60,000 nucleotides of DNA, from positions 14,294,974-14,354,973 of the forward strand of contig MU054187.1 of assembly GCA_013239625.1 (NCBI GenBank), read 5' to 3'. The position numbers were made by a program, and so were the translations under genes. Shown here piece by piece: positions 36,966-49,375 of the stretch; position 1 is the stretch's first letter, and each line of letters begins with the position of its first letter. Below the pieces are notes generated by a model, which saw nothing but the letters and a program-made list of their open reading frames with translations, made no database searches and was not told the origin of the DNA. This DNA is from Lama guanicoe (lineage: Eukaryota).

Positions 36966-37689
36966 TCGAACCTAATTCTAGCCTTTCCGTAGAAGTCAAC
37001 ATGTCCCAGTCTGTGCCCACACAAGCCCCATCCTCTCAATCTCAGTTCCCTGCACCACTCTTGCCAACGACCCCCACGGCAGGCTGACTTCCAGTGGAGT
37101 TTAAAGCAATATCCTCCACTCCGCAGCTCTTCTCTTGAAGTAGAAGCACTGTCATCAGAAGGCGAATAAAAGCAGGCAGAGCTAAGACCACAAGACCACC
37201 AGAAAAGGCTTGTTCCTGCCGAGGTGGGAAGGGGGGTCCAGCTGGGAGCACCATGATGGGGCAGCATCCACAGGTACCCAAGGCCTATCTGCAGTTGCTC
37301 CATCTTCAGAGGCAGCCAACACACTTGCCAGTCATAGGTCATTGGGGAGAGCACTGATCCGCTTGAGACTTGCTGATCTGAATGAGACTCGTTAATTTGC
37401 AACGTCCCCTGGGCACTGCCTCCTGCTACCGCTCTGACAGCCCCAGCACAGGCACCATCTCTGCAAGGCCAGTGGGCGGAAGTCACTGACAGCAGCATCC
37501 TTTCTTCACTAAATATGTGGCTACACATTGCCCAATTGTTCCCCAGAAATTTGTACTGATTTACAGTCCTTACATCCAGTGGACTAGTGTATTGGGTAGC
37601 TAGAAGACAACGGATTTAGACTTGGCTTGAGGAGCCCTCTAGCCCCCCAGGACAGTCAGGCTGCCCTTCCCTGCATCCTCCTCCTCCTT

Positions 37690-37950
37690 CCTGAACGACA
37701 CTGGCAGGTCATCCATGACCTCCTCGTGCCAGACCCTGTGGGCTCTTTTTCTATCTTTTCTTGCCCCCTCACTTCCTCTCTGTGGCAACTGACACTCCTG
37801 ACCATCCCATCCTCCCCTCTCTCCGCCATCTTTTCCTTACTACATCCATTCCTTCTCAGATTCCTGTATGAGCTCGTATTTCTGTCTATGTCCTCAGTGT
37901 TTGTGCTTCTCAAGACTTTGCCCTTGGCCATGTGCTCCTCTTCTGCCACT
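37690..37950 (-). mobile_element. L2 LINE fragment
   Basis: ggtcatccatgacctcctcgtgccagac...gacactcctgaccatcccatcctcc; antisense L2 pattern. Confidence 0.5.
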
Positions 37951-38834
37951 GACCCAGCTCCCCCAGCCAGGGTCCTGGAACCCCCCCTAGGAGGCCTACC
38001 CCTCACCCCTACATCCATTGGGTGATTAGGGCCTGTTCTCCCTCCTCCTGCCCTGCCTGCATTGAGACCCTTGTTACCTCAACTGCATTATAAATAACGT
38101 CTATTACCCACTTCCTGTGCCTCTCCGTTGCTTTCTCAGGATGATATTCTAAGAAACGAGGTAAGGACCATTGTAGTGATGGCATGTTTGTAACCAGACA
38201 GAACAGAGGGATAAGCAGCCTTTTCCATAATGGCTGGGGGACAGGGCCACTTACAGTTCTTTCTCTCTACTGCCAAGCAGCTTTCCAACAAACGCCAAGC
38301 CCAGTGCAGGTCTGATGCCTCAGAGGCGTCTCACCATCCTTGGTTCCCCTGACTTCTGACACTGGGTGTGCCGCTCTGGGTCACCGGCTGACTTCTTCTG
38401 CCAGCTTCCCCTGGTTCCCTGAGGAGTCTAGAGGAGGGGGTGCAGCATGAGGAGTACGGGGAATGTGGAATCCCTTTGTCAGAAATATTTCTCTGGCCTG
38501 TGGGTCATTCTCACCAGAAGAGTCCCAAAAGGCATTCGGAGCCGTAGATATTTGGCTTTATGGAGAAGGCACCTCAAAGATGATGATCCTATTGTCTGAG
38601 TAGTCCTCAGGGGCTTCCTGCAGGTTCTCCCTGCCCCAGGTCTCTGAGAACATTCGTCTGGAGTAATAGTTATTTGTATGCGTGTTTTATAACTGCCTTT
38701 GAGAAACCAAAATTCCATGATGCACAACAGGACTGTGCCTTAGTCATCTCAGCCTCTTCCTTTTCTCAGCACTAAGTATCTGGCACATCATAGCTGACCC
38801 ACAACTACTGATTAATTCATTGATTGGCTTTTGG

Positions 38835-39085
38835 TCAATAATAAGTCATGTTTATCAAGTACTTACTCTGTGCCATATATAGTTTGAAAGACTCCATGTG
38901 CATTAACTCATAAAACTCATTTATCTAACCCACATAGCAACACTGCCACCCTCACTTTACAGCTGCAGAAAGTGGGGCTTGGAAAAGGTAAGGTCACTTA
39001 CCTAAACATATACAAGGGTCTAGTAGAAAAGCCAAGAGTTGAACCAGGCAGTCTGACTCTGGAACCCTAACTCTTAACCATCCCC
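38835..39085 (-). mobile_element. MIR SINE
   Basis: tttatcaagtacttactctgtgcca...ttttacagctgcagaaagtgggg...ttgaaccaggcagtctgactctgga...ctcttaacca. Confidence 0.75.
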
Positions 39086-39500
39086 AGCACTGCTTTCTTG
39101 GTAAAAGGTGGATCGGGGTTATACCAGTGGTTGGGAAGGTTGGTGGCAGTGGAGGGAGCTGTGGTTGTGGAGGGGATGGTGGCTCATAAAGCCTCAGCTA
39201 CACAGGGATTGACCCCAGAAAAAGGAAACATGCAAGCTGGGTTCCTGCAGCACTTTGGTTATCGGTTGGCCGGCCCAGGTCACCAGATTAAAGAAAGCAG
39301 GAGTCCAGGGTAGACATCTTTCTAATATCAAAACCTGAGTCATTGGCCTGAGTTTCCCTACGATGCTTCTCAAAAGCACGGTGGAAGCCAGAGGAGCTGA
39401 AATCAGTTCCTAATGAAATGTATCTATTTCTGTCTCCTGGCTTCTTTTCCCTCAGTATCTGGTTGCCATGTCATCTTCCCAGTTGGACTGAAGGCTCTTT

Positions 39501-39681
39501 TTTTTTTTTAAAAAATCGTTTTATTTATTTACTTATAAATTTTATTTTATTTTAATTTTTGGAGGGAGGTAATTATGTTATTTATTTATATTTATTTATT
39601 TTAATGGAGGTACTGGGGATTGAACCCAGGACCTTGTGCATGTTAAGCATGTGCTCTACCACTGAGCTATACCCTCCCCCC
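39501..39681 (-). mobile_element. Camelid tRNA-derived SINE inserted in an L2 3' end
   Basis: aatggaggtactggggattgaacccaggaccttgtgcatgttaagcatgtgctctaccactgagctataccctccccc; degenerate TSD gactgaaggctcttt / gactggaagttcttt. Confidence 0.9.
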
Positions 39682-41557
39682 AGACTGGAAGTTCTTTGAG
39701 GGTAGAGACATCACTTTAAGCTTCAGTTGGTTCCCCACAATGACTAACTCAAGGATGGAGACTCAATCCATATCTGCTGATTGGTGGATAGATTACGATT
39801 TGGTGAAGGTCAGAAACTAAAAGGTAAGATATGTTTAGCCAGACATTTTCATGCAAGTGGTGTCTTCTCCTAAGACAGAGGCAGTGGCTGCAGTGGGGCT
39901 GGACACTTGAAGAGCTATTGTGCATTAAATCGTGATGACTGTGGAAGCAACTCTAGTCCCAGGCAGAAAAAAATCCCCCAAAACAAGCAAACAAAAAAGT
40001 CCTGACCCTCCCTGATACCATCAGCTAAATTCTCCATGGTGTGCGCGTCCAGCCCTGACCTTTGCCAAAGCTGGGAGCTTGAAAATCACCTCAAGCCGGT
40101 GAAGAGGAATGGACTTCCTCCCCCTGTACTCTGGGATGACGAGGACGAGCGGCCAGACACCTTTCTGGAAAATGACTACCTGTGTAGAGGATTTAGGGCA
40201 GGCGCAAGAGGAAACAGAAGATGTTGACTGCTCATTCCTGAAGCTCAGATGGCAGCATTACAGACAGACCTACCTGCCGGGAACACTTAGTCTGTTCCGA
40301 TCACAAGTGCCTTCTCCAGAACTTCCCACTTCCCCATTTTTCTCCGATGCGGCTTGGCTTATCTTACCCCCTTTATTTTTGAATCCAGATTTCCGATACT
40401 TTCTGTTGTCTGCTCCTTCCCACTCTCTAAAATATCCAAGCCTCTTCCCTTCTTTGAGTTCCCTTGAAAACTTATGAGTAAAGTTTGAAAGAAAATTAGA
40501 CCAAGATTGCCTCCATGTCTACCCACCACAGCTGTAAGAATCAGAAATGCCCTTGCATTTGAAGTCCACTCAGGCTAACAAAGGCGGGGGGATGACTGCC
40601 AGTCTTCCGGTTCTGTAGAAATCACTGAGGCTGGCAGACCACTCTATTGCCTAATTTTCTCATTATTTGTGCTGAAGGAAAGGAGGCTTTTAAAAACATA
40701 CTAATTGGGGATCACTGGGAAGTTTAAATTTTCTTCTTCTGGGTAGTTTTGTGACTCATTCAGAGATAGCTCTGTGGTTCATCAGACCCTTGAAACTAAA
40801 GGCTGAAAGGATTAAAGAAAACCAAACAAAACCGTCTAGCCTTCATCTATGACCAGTCTATGACTTCTGGGAGACTATTACTCACTTATTTAAGGTTCAC
40901 TGTTTACATCGGAAGCACATGATTATAAAGAGCCTTGCCCCCTGGGGAGCGGTCCGGGCAGGTATCTATTGGATTGTCTCCCAAAACAGTGATTCTCTCT
41001 TCTCCGATGACTCCTCCGCCCTGTTCCAAAGGGGTAAGAGTTGGGGCAGCTATATTTGAACAATGTGGGCCAGGGGTGAACACCTTGTCCAAAGTGAGCT
41101 AATCAGGTTCTTCCTACAACTTCGGGAATGAAATCAAGAGAGGAGCTTCAGTGTTCCTTCCGTGGCTGTAAACGTGGGTTCTACTGGTAGCTGTGTTCGC
41201 CAATGCGTGTACTTGAGAAGCGAGAGCTGGTGTGGAGAGAGAGAAATGATTCACACGTTCGGAGGGAGGAGGGACTGGAGAGAGAGGGAGAAAGAGAGCT
41301 TCCTGGCTTCCCCACAGCCTTCCGCTTCCTGGCTGCAATTCATTTCTGCATCTCTGCCCTTAGGTTCTGCACGACAGCCCTGCAGCCTTCTAACACATCT
41401 CCCATTGCTGGTTGAGCAGGCTTTTATCATTCACAACCAAAGAATCCTAACTGATAGGAACAGCACTTTTCCTAGCAGGTATTTGGTTTTAGAAATTCAC
41501 GTATTGGAGATAAGGTGTGAACAGAGGAATACATTTAGAGCTGTTATGCTCTTCGTG

Positions 41558-41675
41558 GACATCATTTTACAGATGTGGAAACTGAGGCCCAGGAAGGCTA
41601 AATCCCTTGCCAAGGGCACACTGGTGCCTGAACCAGGTCTCTGGACTCCTGACTCCTAGACCCGGGCTCTTTCCC
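41558..41675 (-). mobile_element. MIR SINE
   Basis: cattttacagatgtggaaactgaggcccaggaaggctaaatcccttgccaagggcacac. Confidence 0.8.
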
Positions 41676-42925
41676 TCAAACCCACTAACTTTGCTTGAAG
41701 TCTTGTGTTTACTTTTGCAACCTGTACACTTTAAAAAATAGAACATCTACTCCTGCATATTCTCATCCCTACAGTTTTGGAGGAAAAGTTGGAACTCAAA
41801 GATGTTAAATGACTGCAACAGGATGACCCATTAACAGAAGCTAAACTAGAAGTTTATTCCCAGGGCAGAAGGTCCCCCACCCAATAGGCCAGACTTCTCT
41901 GTTGGGGCATCCAGGTCACCTTGACCCGGTTAGCCTGGCACAGCCATCAGGGCAGTGGTTGCTCTTAGGGTCGTTCATCTATTTGTTAACTGTTTATCAA
42001 GTACTTACCATATTAAGGTGGGCATCACTCCAGACTGGAGATGCAGTGCGGGAAAAATTCAGTTGGCCAGCCTCCTGAGTGTAGGTGAGTTTCCAGAGCT
42101 TTACCTAGTAAATGTGGATTGGGGGCCTGGGTGGGGTCAGTCAGTGGACGTGTGGGGTGTGTGAAGGTGAAAGATGTACTACTAGAGTCAAAGCGTGGTG
42201 GCTTTTTGATGGTGTCACCAGAATACAGCATGGTACCCAAAGCAGAGTGAGACGAGTGAGGGAACGAGGAGGAACTGAGAGAGACAAGTCGGTAAACAAG
42301 GAGCTACAACACATCACGCTCACCTCTCACGCTCACTTCTCGGTCTGCCTTTCCCTCCAGCTAGAATGTGGGTTCTTGCTGGAGAAGAAGCTTCATCTGT
42401 TTATTTATTTTCTGCATTCCCAGCACACATCAGAGCGTGCTGGGGCTCCAGTCAAGGGAGCGTTTCGTTATGTGAAGCCTCCCCTACAAGACAGTTTCTC
42501 ACGAGTCCCAGCAAGGTGAGATGGACCTTGGGGAGTGCTTGCCAGAAACTGACAGTCGGGTTTGCCTGAGTCTAAGGAAGTCTTTGCTTTGAGTCAGACA
42601 GTACAACGTCCCTCCTCACGAGACACTTCTCTGTTACTGTGGAAAGACAGGAACGTATCTGGGGGTGAGGACTGAATTGAATCGGCTGGCCTAGGGAAGG
42701 GAGATAAATGCAGAAATGGGAAGATGGGGGCAGGATGGTGGGTCTTCATGGATCCAAAGTCCTCTGAACTAAGGGGTTTTTGGACTCGCCATGTTTTTAG
42801 GTAAGAAATGCTACAGTTCCCCTGGGGTTGAAGGTATAATATCTTATCAACCATAATGTCATATCTTACTACCAGTGTCTCTGTGTGTCAGGCGAAGCAA
42901 TGAGATTTAAAATGTGCTTCTTCAG

Positions 42926-43188
42926 GGGTGGGGGTTGGGAAGGGACAGACTGGGAGTTCAAAATTTGTAGATACTGACAGGCATATGCAGAATAGATAAA
43001 CAAGATCATACTGTATAGCACAGGGAAATATATAGAAGATCTTCTGGTAGCTCACAGTGAAAAAAATGGGACAATGGATATATGTATGTTCATGTATAAC
43101 TGAAAAATTGTGCTCTACACTGGAATTTGACACAACATTGTAAAATAACTATAACTCAATAAAAAAAAGTTTAAAAAATAAAAACAAA
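42926..43188 (+). mobile_element. Young camelid-type L1, 5'-truncated 3' end
   Basis: ggaagggacagactgggagttcaaaatttgtagatactgacagg...ataactcaataaaa plus A tail; 18-bp TSD taaaatgtgcttcttcag / taaaatgtacttcttcag at a TT|AAAA endonuclease site. Confidence 0.9.
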
Positions 43189-43699
43189 TAAAATGTACTT
43201 CTTCAGTTGATTTATCTATCCATTTGATAGCTCATTCATTTGTCCATTTATTCACCTATTCACTGTATCATATACACATGTATTAGGTACCTATATCATG
43301 GTGGAGAGAGATGTGGGGAGAGTCAGAGAAAAATTCATATGTGACTTCGCCGTTACTGACTTGTTAGCTCTGAGTGCAACACTGTTAGGTTTTCTACCAT
43401 TCTTGACTGTAATGATCACAAGTGGCCTTTGGAAATTAAAAGTTACAGAACCAACTCTGGACAGTTGCACTGATAACTGACCAGCAGCAGGATTTAAACA
43501 CCAATCAATTGGTCTAGACCACATTTCCAAGGTCACTAGAAGTCCTGAAAACCTCTTATAATGTAAGTTTTTCACTAATCCATTTTTATTGCATGGTGCA
43601 GGAAATTGGTTGAAGCTGTCAAAAAACAAAAAATCACTGTTGAGAGATTTGCTGGGGAGACTATGAGGACAACCCAGAGAGGTCACCCCAGAAGAGGGG

Positions 43700-46600
43700 A
43701 CGAGAGTCCTTATCACAGCCTGAAGGGAGGTGTCTCACCATTTCTCTTTGGCAAGTGGTGCTGGAAAGGGCTGGTCAGAGTTCCAAAGTGCAATATTGTA
43801 TTTCCAATTAAAATGTAAAAACAAACCTTTTTTTCATAAAATGCATTGGCCTCAGCACTGGGAAGTGACTACAAAGCCCAGTGCTGATTGAGAAAAGCTG
43901 AAAGCAGACACTGTAATTGATAAAGGAGATAAGTCAATCTGTGTCCTTTAAAGAATAATGAGTTCCATTTTTCATCAAAAAGATCTCCTTGGGCCGAAGA
44001 AACATTCTTTCAATAAATCTACTTAATGGTTTCCCCTCGAATGATATATAACATTGCGAGGGACAGCAGGCCACCCATCATTTGCATTTGCTAATTCAAC
44101 CCAAAGAAAACCCAAATGCTTCCCAGGAAGGGCTGCCATTCTGGGCAAAATGTCTAAAGGCCTTCCTGGGCTCTTCAAGCAGGAAGATGGGATGGGATTT
44201 TGAATAAACATCCTATCACTAAACCTGAGATCCTCTGTGGATTTCCATCCCCACCCCCCACCCCGCCCCTGTGGGCTCAGCTTTGAGGGTGACTCCGTCA
44301 GACAGTTCCCGAGTTAGATGCCTCAGATACTTGGGTTGTGAGAACTGATTAGCTTTGTTTGTTCCCTGAGCTCATCACTCTCCCACAGCCCTGACAGCCT
44401 CGGTGTTGTGGGGACCGTGGGCTGTGGGAGGTTGTCTGTGTTTATTGCATTTGGGAAACTGAAGATGCACTTTAAAGATCCTGCCTGAGGTCTTGTTGCA
44501 GACAGGCCTGCTCCCCGCCCCTCCCCTCCGAGGGCCGGAGCCTCAGGTGGTGAAGGCTCTAGGGGAGAAAGGGCCTGCCCCCTTCTGAGGGAATGATCTA
44601 GGGCCCCCACGCCTCGTGGCGGGCTGCAGGACTTACTGCTCAACTCGGCTGATCTTCATGAACCCCGACTTAACAAATGCGTCATCATTTCCACGAGGAC
44701 CCGGCTTTCTGTCACCAAACCTATTTCCTCCCAGGGCACCCAGCCCTCTCAGGACGGGCGGACTTCCCCACATGGGAATCGTTAAAAACAACCCTAGAGT
44801 TATTTCCTTATGTTGCTGTTTGTTTATTCTCCAGTCGCGTGTGAGTCAGGCAGACCATGATTTGTGGCAGTTTTGCTTGTGAAATCTTACATAATTATAT
44901 TCCTATTGTCATGTTGGGTCGAGCAGTTAGACCAGAGAGTGTTTTCTCATTGCACAACGTTGGCAAATCAATAAGGAGAAAGCCTGAACAATGAGATGAC
45001 GTTGGCTGGTCAGGAACCCGGCTCCGAGGCACCCGGGAGGTGGCCCTGCAGTTTCACAGAGACGGCCGGTGACAGGAGAAGCCTGTCTTCAACGTCACTG
45101 CTGTGCAGGGTGATGAGGCCGGGCAATGGCCTTTGGGATGGGTGACACAGAGGTGATATTTAAGAGGTGAGAGCTAGGCAAGGAAAGAACCACAATAACA
45201 ACACTTCACACAGAAACCGACCAAATTTTTACTGCATTGGCTCCACGCTGGATTCCAACATGCTGGTCCAGAGCGTGGCTGGCTACAAGCGGGCGAGACC
45301 TCTACGGCTCCTCCGACGGGCTGGCCCTTCCCCACCAGGTACATGATTCATTTTGATCCCACTCACTATCCCAAGTGCAGAGGCAGTTATCAAAAACACT
45401 TTGGATGCAAACAGTGAGTGGCTACGACACACGAATGGGGTGGGTGCGCTTTCCACCACGTGGTGGGACGTGGAATCCACAGAAATGGTCAAAGAGGCAA
45501 GACGCCTCATGAGTGGCTAATAGGGTGACGGAGCTCAAAACCCACAATTGGTTTGTTTGTTTTCTCTTTGAACTCCTGGAGTATATGGAAACTAATTGTT
45601 CCTAACATCATTTCATGTTTCTAATCAAACGTCTGACCCGACGTCAACCACGTTTGTGTGCGTACGACTTTGAGCAGTGCGCCTGAAGTGACCCATACTG
45701 ATCTAGGATGAAGGTTACAAGTCTCTGCATTAAAAAGAGAAACCGTGTGACTCTATATGAAGACAACAACCATCACATTCCACAGCACAGCATTGGTTAA
45801 TCTTTGAGTCGTCAAGCATTGTTTAAAATGAGAGAGAGAATATAACTGAACACAAGCGCCACGACAAGACAGTCATCACACGGAACCCGACCCGATTTCT
45901 CTATGACTCACTTAAACATTTTACCTGTTTCTAACACTTTTCGTTAATTGTTATTTTAAGCTCCGGTAGCAGGATCAGACTTCTGCTGCCTCTGGGCAAA
46001 CGAGTTATGATCTGACCTCAAGTTCCAAGGGAAAGGCTCAAAGTTTTCTTTTTTCCCCTCAGTTGAATAAACAGGACTATGTCTATTATCTCTTGTGTTA
46101 GAATAGTGTTGTCTTCACATGAGACTCAAATCACGGTATTAGTCATTCATTTCCTTGAACACAAACACCCTCATGCGTGCTGACAGGTTTATAAGGATGC
46201 GGTGGCAGCCGTGGTTCTGGGAGCTGCTAGATGACCGACCTTGCTTTCTTGCAGTCCTGAGCGAGGGAGCCCGGGTGTGTCTGGTTATTGTCTGCTTTCT
46301 CTCCCGGATGCTGGGCTTGTCTGGAAGATTAATACATTAACAAGAGCTGAAGGTCCAGGGTTGCAAGTCTTCAGACATGTTTATTAGCAGATGGCACACG
46401 GGATTCAAAGGTCACCACAAAAGTGACATTTTAAAGTGAAACAACAATATTTATGTTCAGATAGCCCACTGATGAGATCATGTGGAAATGGTTTTGATTA
46501 AATTAGCTTATAAATGGTTGCCGATCTATAGACAACTTAAAATGCCACGTCTGTTTACCAAATGTTTTCTTCTCACGCTCTCACCTTTTAAATATGAATG

Positions 46601-48650
46601 ACCAAATGCTAGGGGTTTTGGGGGGAGGGAAGGGACGGGGGCTGGTAAGCTTATTTAACTGCCAGATAAGTATATCTGGTTTTGACTTCCTGGGTTATCT
46701 AATTTCTTTTTTCATTCTAAAAATATTATCTCCTGTGTGTGTTCTGAAATCTCACCTGCTATTATTCCTGCTTTGAAAGAGTTTGGATCCCACTATTGGA
46801 AATACAATGGCTTACCATTGCTTTAGTATAAATTGGGTCTCTGGAGAGACCTAAAATTCAGTCTCTCAGATCAAACCTTATGTTCAATATCATAAAAGAG
46901 GTATGAGCTGGATTTCAGAAATACTTACTAAAGCTGCATTTTGGCCTCTGCAGCCTCCGGGAGCCACACCTTTGTGGCAATGCCCGCCTGTGTTTCATAT
47001 AACAGTGTGAAAAACAAAACTCAGCCAAGGGGAGGGAACCCTCCTCTCAACTTGCTTGCTTGCTTCCTTGCTTGCTTGCTTCCTTCCTTCCTCTCTCCCT
47101 CCCTCCCTCCTTCCCTCTCTTTTTTTTTCTCTCTCTGTTGTGCCCACAACTTAGCAGGAATGTGAGTGAAAATTTTTACCTCAGAAAATGATTTAGTCAG
47201 AGAATGCTCAACAGTCTGAAATGAAAATCCATCTTTTGCAAGTTTTGCAACACTCCACGGTCAACAAAACTCAAATACATATTTCCAGCGAAGGCATTAA
47301 AAAGCAGAAATAATTCTCAACCAGTAGATTAAAATTTTCAGAGACATATTGATAGGAAACGAACATGACCATATATACACTGTTTCTCATTTATTTACAT
47401 GTAATGGTATTATGAATAATTTTGTCAGAGATAGCTAAATTTGAGTATATCTTGTCTTCTGTTTTAACCTTATCTGCATATCTTAGTTTTCAAACAGTTG
47501 CCAAATTACCCATGTAAGAATATGACAGAAGATTTACTCACTTTTCAAGAGAACCTTTCTCAATATTCATTGCCCCTTCCATTGGGTCCAATCCTTGTTC
47601 AGAAAATTGTTTCAAGGCACTTAAAGCTGCCTAAAAGTGAAAACAAACACACAAACAAGGAGATCCATTCATTGACTCTAATGTAAGAAACAGGTATGTA
47701 ACTGAAAAAGAAAGCTGCGCTATACAGTAAAGGCTGTCATTTTCATTAGTTTAACTAAATGCTTTTTTTGTATCATTTACCAAAATTACATTTGAGAGGC
47801 TGCGTTATGATGGAGCAATGTATATACTATGACGACTTTATTTTTGTGCGTTGAGCAAGCGGGGGCGGGGGGAGGTGGAGAGAGGGTTCTCCATAAATGT
47901 CATGACTTATCCATAATTTTGCAAAATCAACATTTTATCTGAAAAACATAGAAACACCTAGTATGATGAGCCTGTCACTCTTTGATGATGATTTTTCATC
48001 ATTTCTCTTCCCATTACTGAAACACCACCTTCTTTTCCTCCAGATGGGAGAACATAAGATTTTTTCCCCCCAGCTTTCCAAAGTTAGCATAAATGGGTTG
48101 CTCAATTTTGTAGACATTTAGCCCCAACCAGGTCCCAGAGTGTGGGCCAAGAAGCGTTCTGAAGACACTCTTGCATGCCGAGGGGGTGGTACGATGGAGG
48201 AGAGGGAAAACGTGCGCTGCTGGGGCCCCAGGGAGGCAGGTCTGGCTGCTGCTGAGCCTCCTGAGGTGTTGATATGCCGGGGTGCGTGGGATGCCGAAGG
48301 GTGTTGACAGGCTGGTGGAGCCTCACAGGATAGCTGGGAGGCACCGAAAAATGTGATGCCGATAAGATCTGCATAACTTGTTGACACTCTTGTGCATGTT
48401 CCAAATTGCTATTTCTTTTGAGTAAGAATTTGGTTCTTCTTCCTCCCATCCCCACCCCCCACCACTTTTCAGCTCGATGAGAAGGGCTTTGTTGAGTCTG
48501 AGCGAGGTGTGAGCGGCCAGGGGTGTCTGCATCTTGGAGATCCTGCTGGGTCACACTTTGGTCGTCTGTATCTTCTCAACTGCCTTTGAAAAAGAAGTGA
48601 CTCTTGCAATTGCTCTAACTTTTCTCTGCCAGGGGCCCCTTTTGGGTAAC
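43700..48650. promoter_or_regulatory. Candidate enhancer cluster (transposon-poor block)
   Basis: No recognisable TE; AP-1 (44842, 45904), C/EBP-type (44887, 44949), octamer (44080), E-box palindrome (45453-45466); visibly raised CpG density. Inference from motifs only. Confidence 0.35.
47051..47135. repeat. Compound pyrimidine microsatellite (CTTG)n(CCTT)n(CCCT)n
   Basis: cttgcttgcttgcttccttgcttgcttgcttccttccttcctctctccctccctccctcc. Confidence 0.85.
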
Positions 48651-48709
48651 TGCCTAAAGTGCATGATCTTGTCTACATTTCTTTATTCATGATATTTCTT
48701 TTTGGTTTT

Positions 48710-49375
48710 GACTTTTAAGTTTTTAGTAGATTTTATTTTTTTTAAAGCAGTCTTCAGTTTACAGAAAAATGGAGCAGGTAGTACAGAGTTTCCAGGTACC
48801 CTGTTCCCTTCAACTCTCAACACTGTTTTCCCCATTATTCGTGTCCTGCATCACCTAGATTCAGTTGTTACAACTGATGGAATATTTATTACAGCTGATG
48901 GAATATTGATACATTACCATTAGCGAAAGTCCATAGTTAACATTGGGGTTCATTCTGGGTTGTCATGTGTCCACCATTACAGTATCATACAGAATAATTT
49001 CACTGCCCTAAAAATCCCCTGTGCTCCACCTCATCATCTCTCTCCCCTTTCCCCCTAGTCTCCTGGCAACCATCAATTTTTTTTTAACAATGTCTATAGT
49101 TTTGCCTTTTTGAGACTGTCATATAACTGGAATCATACAGTATGTAGCCTTTTCAGATTCATGTCTTTCACTTAGCAAGGTGCATTTAAAGTTCCTCCAT
49201 GTCCTTTCACGGCTTGATAGCTCATTGCTTTTTATTGCTGAGTAATATTCCATTGTCTGGGTGTCCCACAGTTTGTTTATCCATTCACACCTTGAAGGAT
49301 GTCTTGGTTGCTTCCAGCTTTTGATGATAACAAATAAAGCAGCTATCAACATCTGGGTGCAGATTTTTGTGTAAT
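48710..49375 (-). mobile_element. L1MC/L1MB-like 3' end
   Basis: Minus ORF 49119-49442 includes TQMLIAALFVIIKSWKQPRHPS...EWINKLW; 3'UTR tttacagaaaaatggagcaggtagtacagagtttcc. Confidence 0.85.

Noticed and set aside
36875..37528. Longest ORF (217 aa, minus strand)
   Set aside because: No recognisable domain, non-ATG start, Trp/Cys/Ser-rich random composition, and it runs into an MLT1 LTR.
39604..39681. tRNA-Ala-like sequences (also near 5811-5886, 17592, 25250, 33278)
   Set aside because: These are SINE heads: they have A-rich tails, mostly visible TSDs and mutated stems, so they are not functional tRNA genes.
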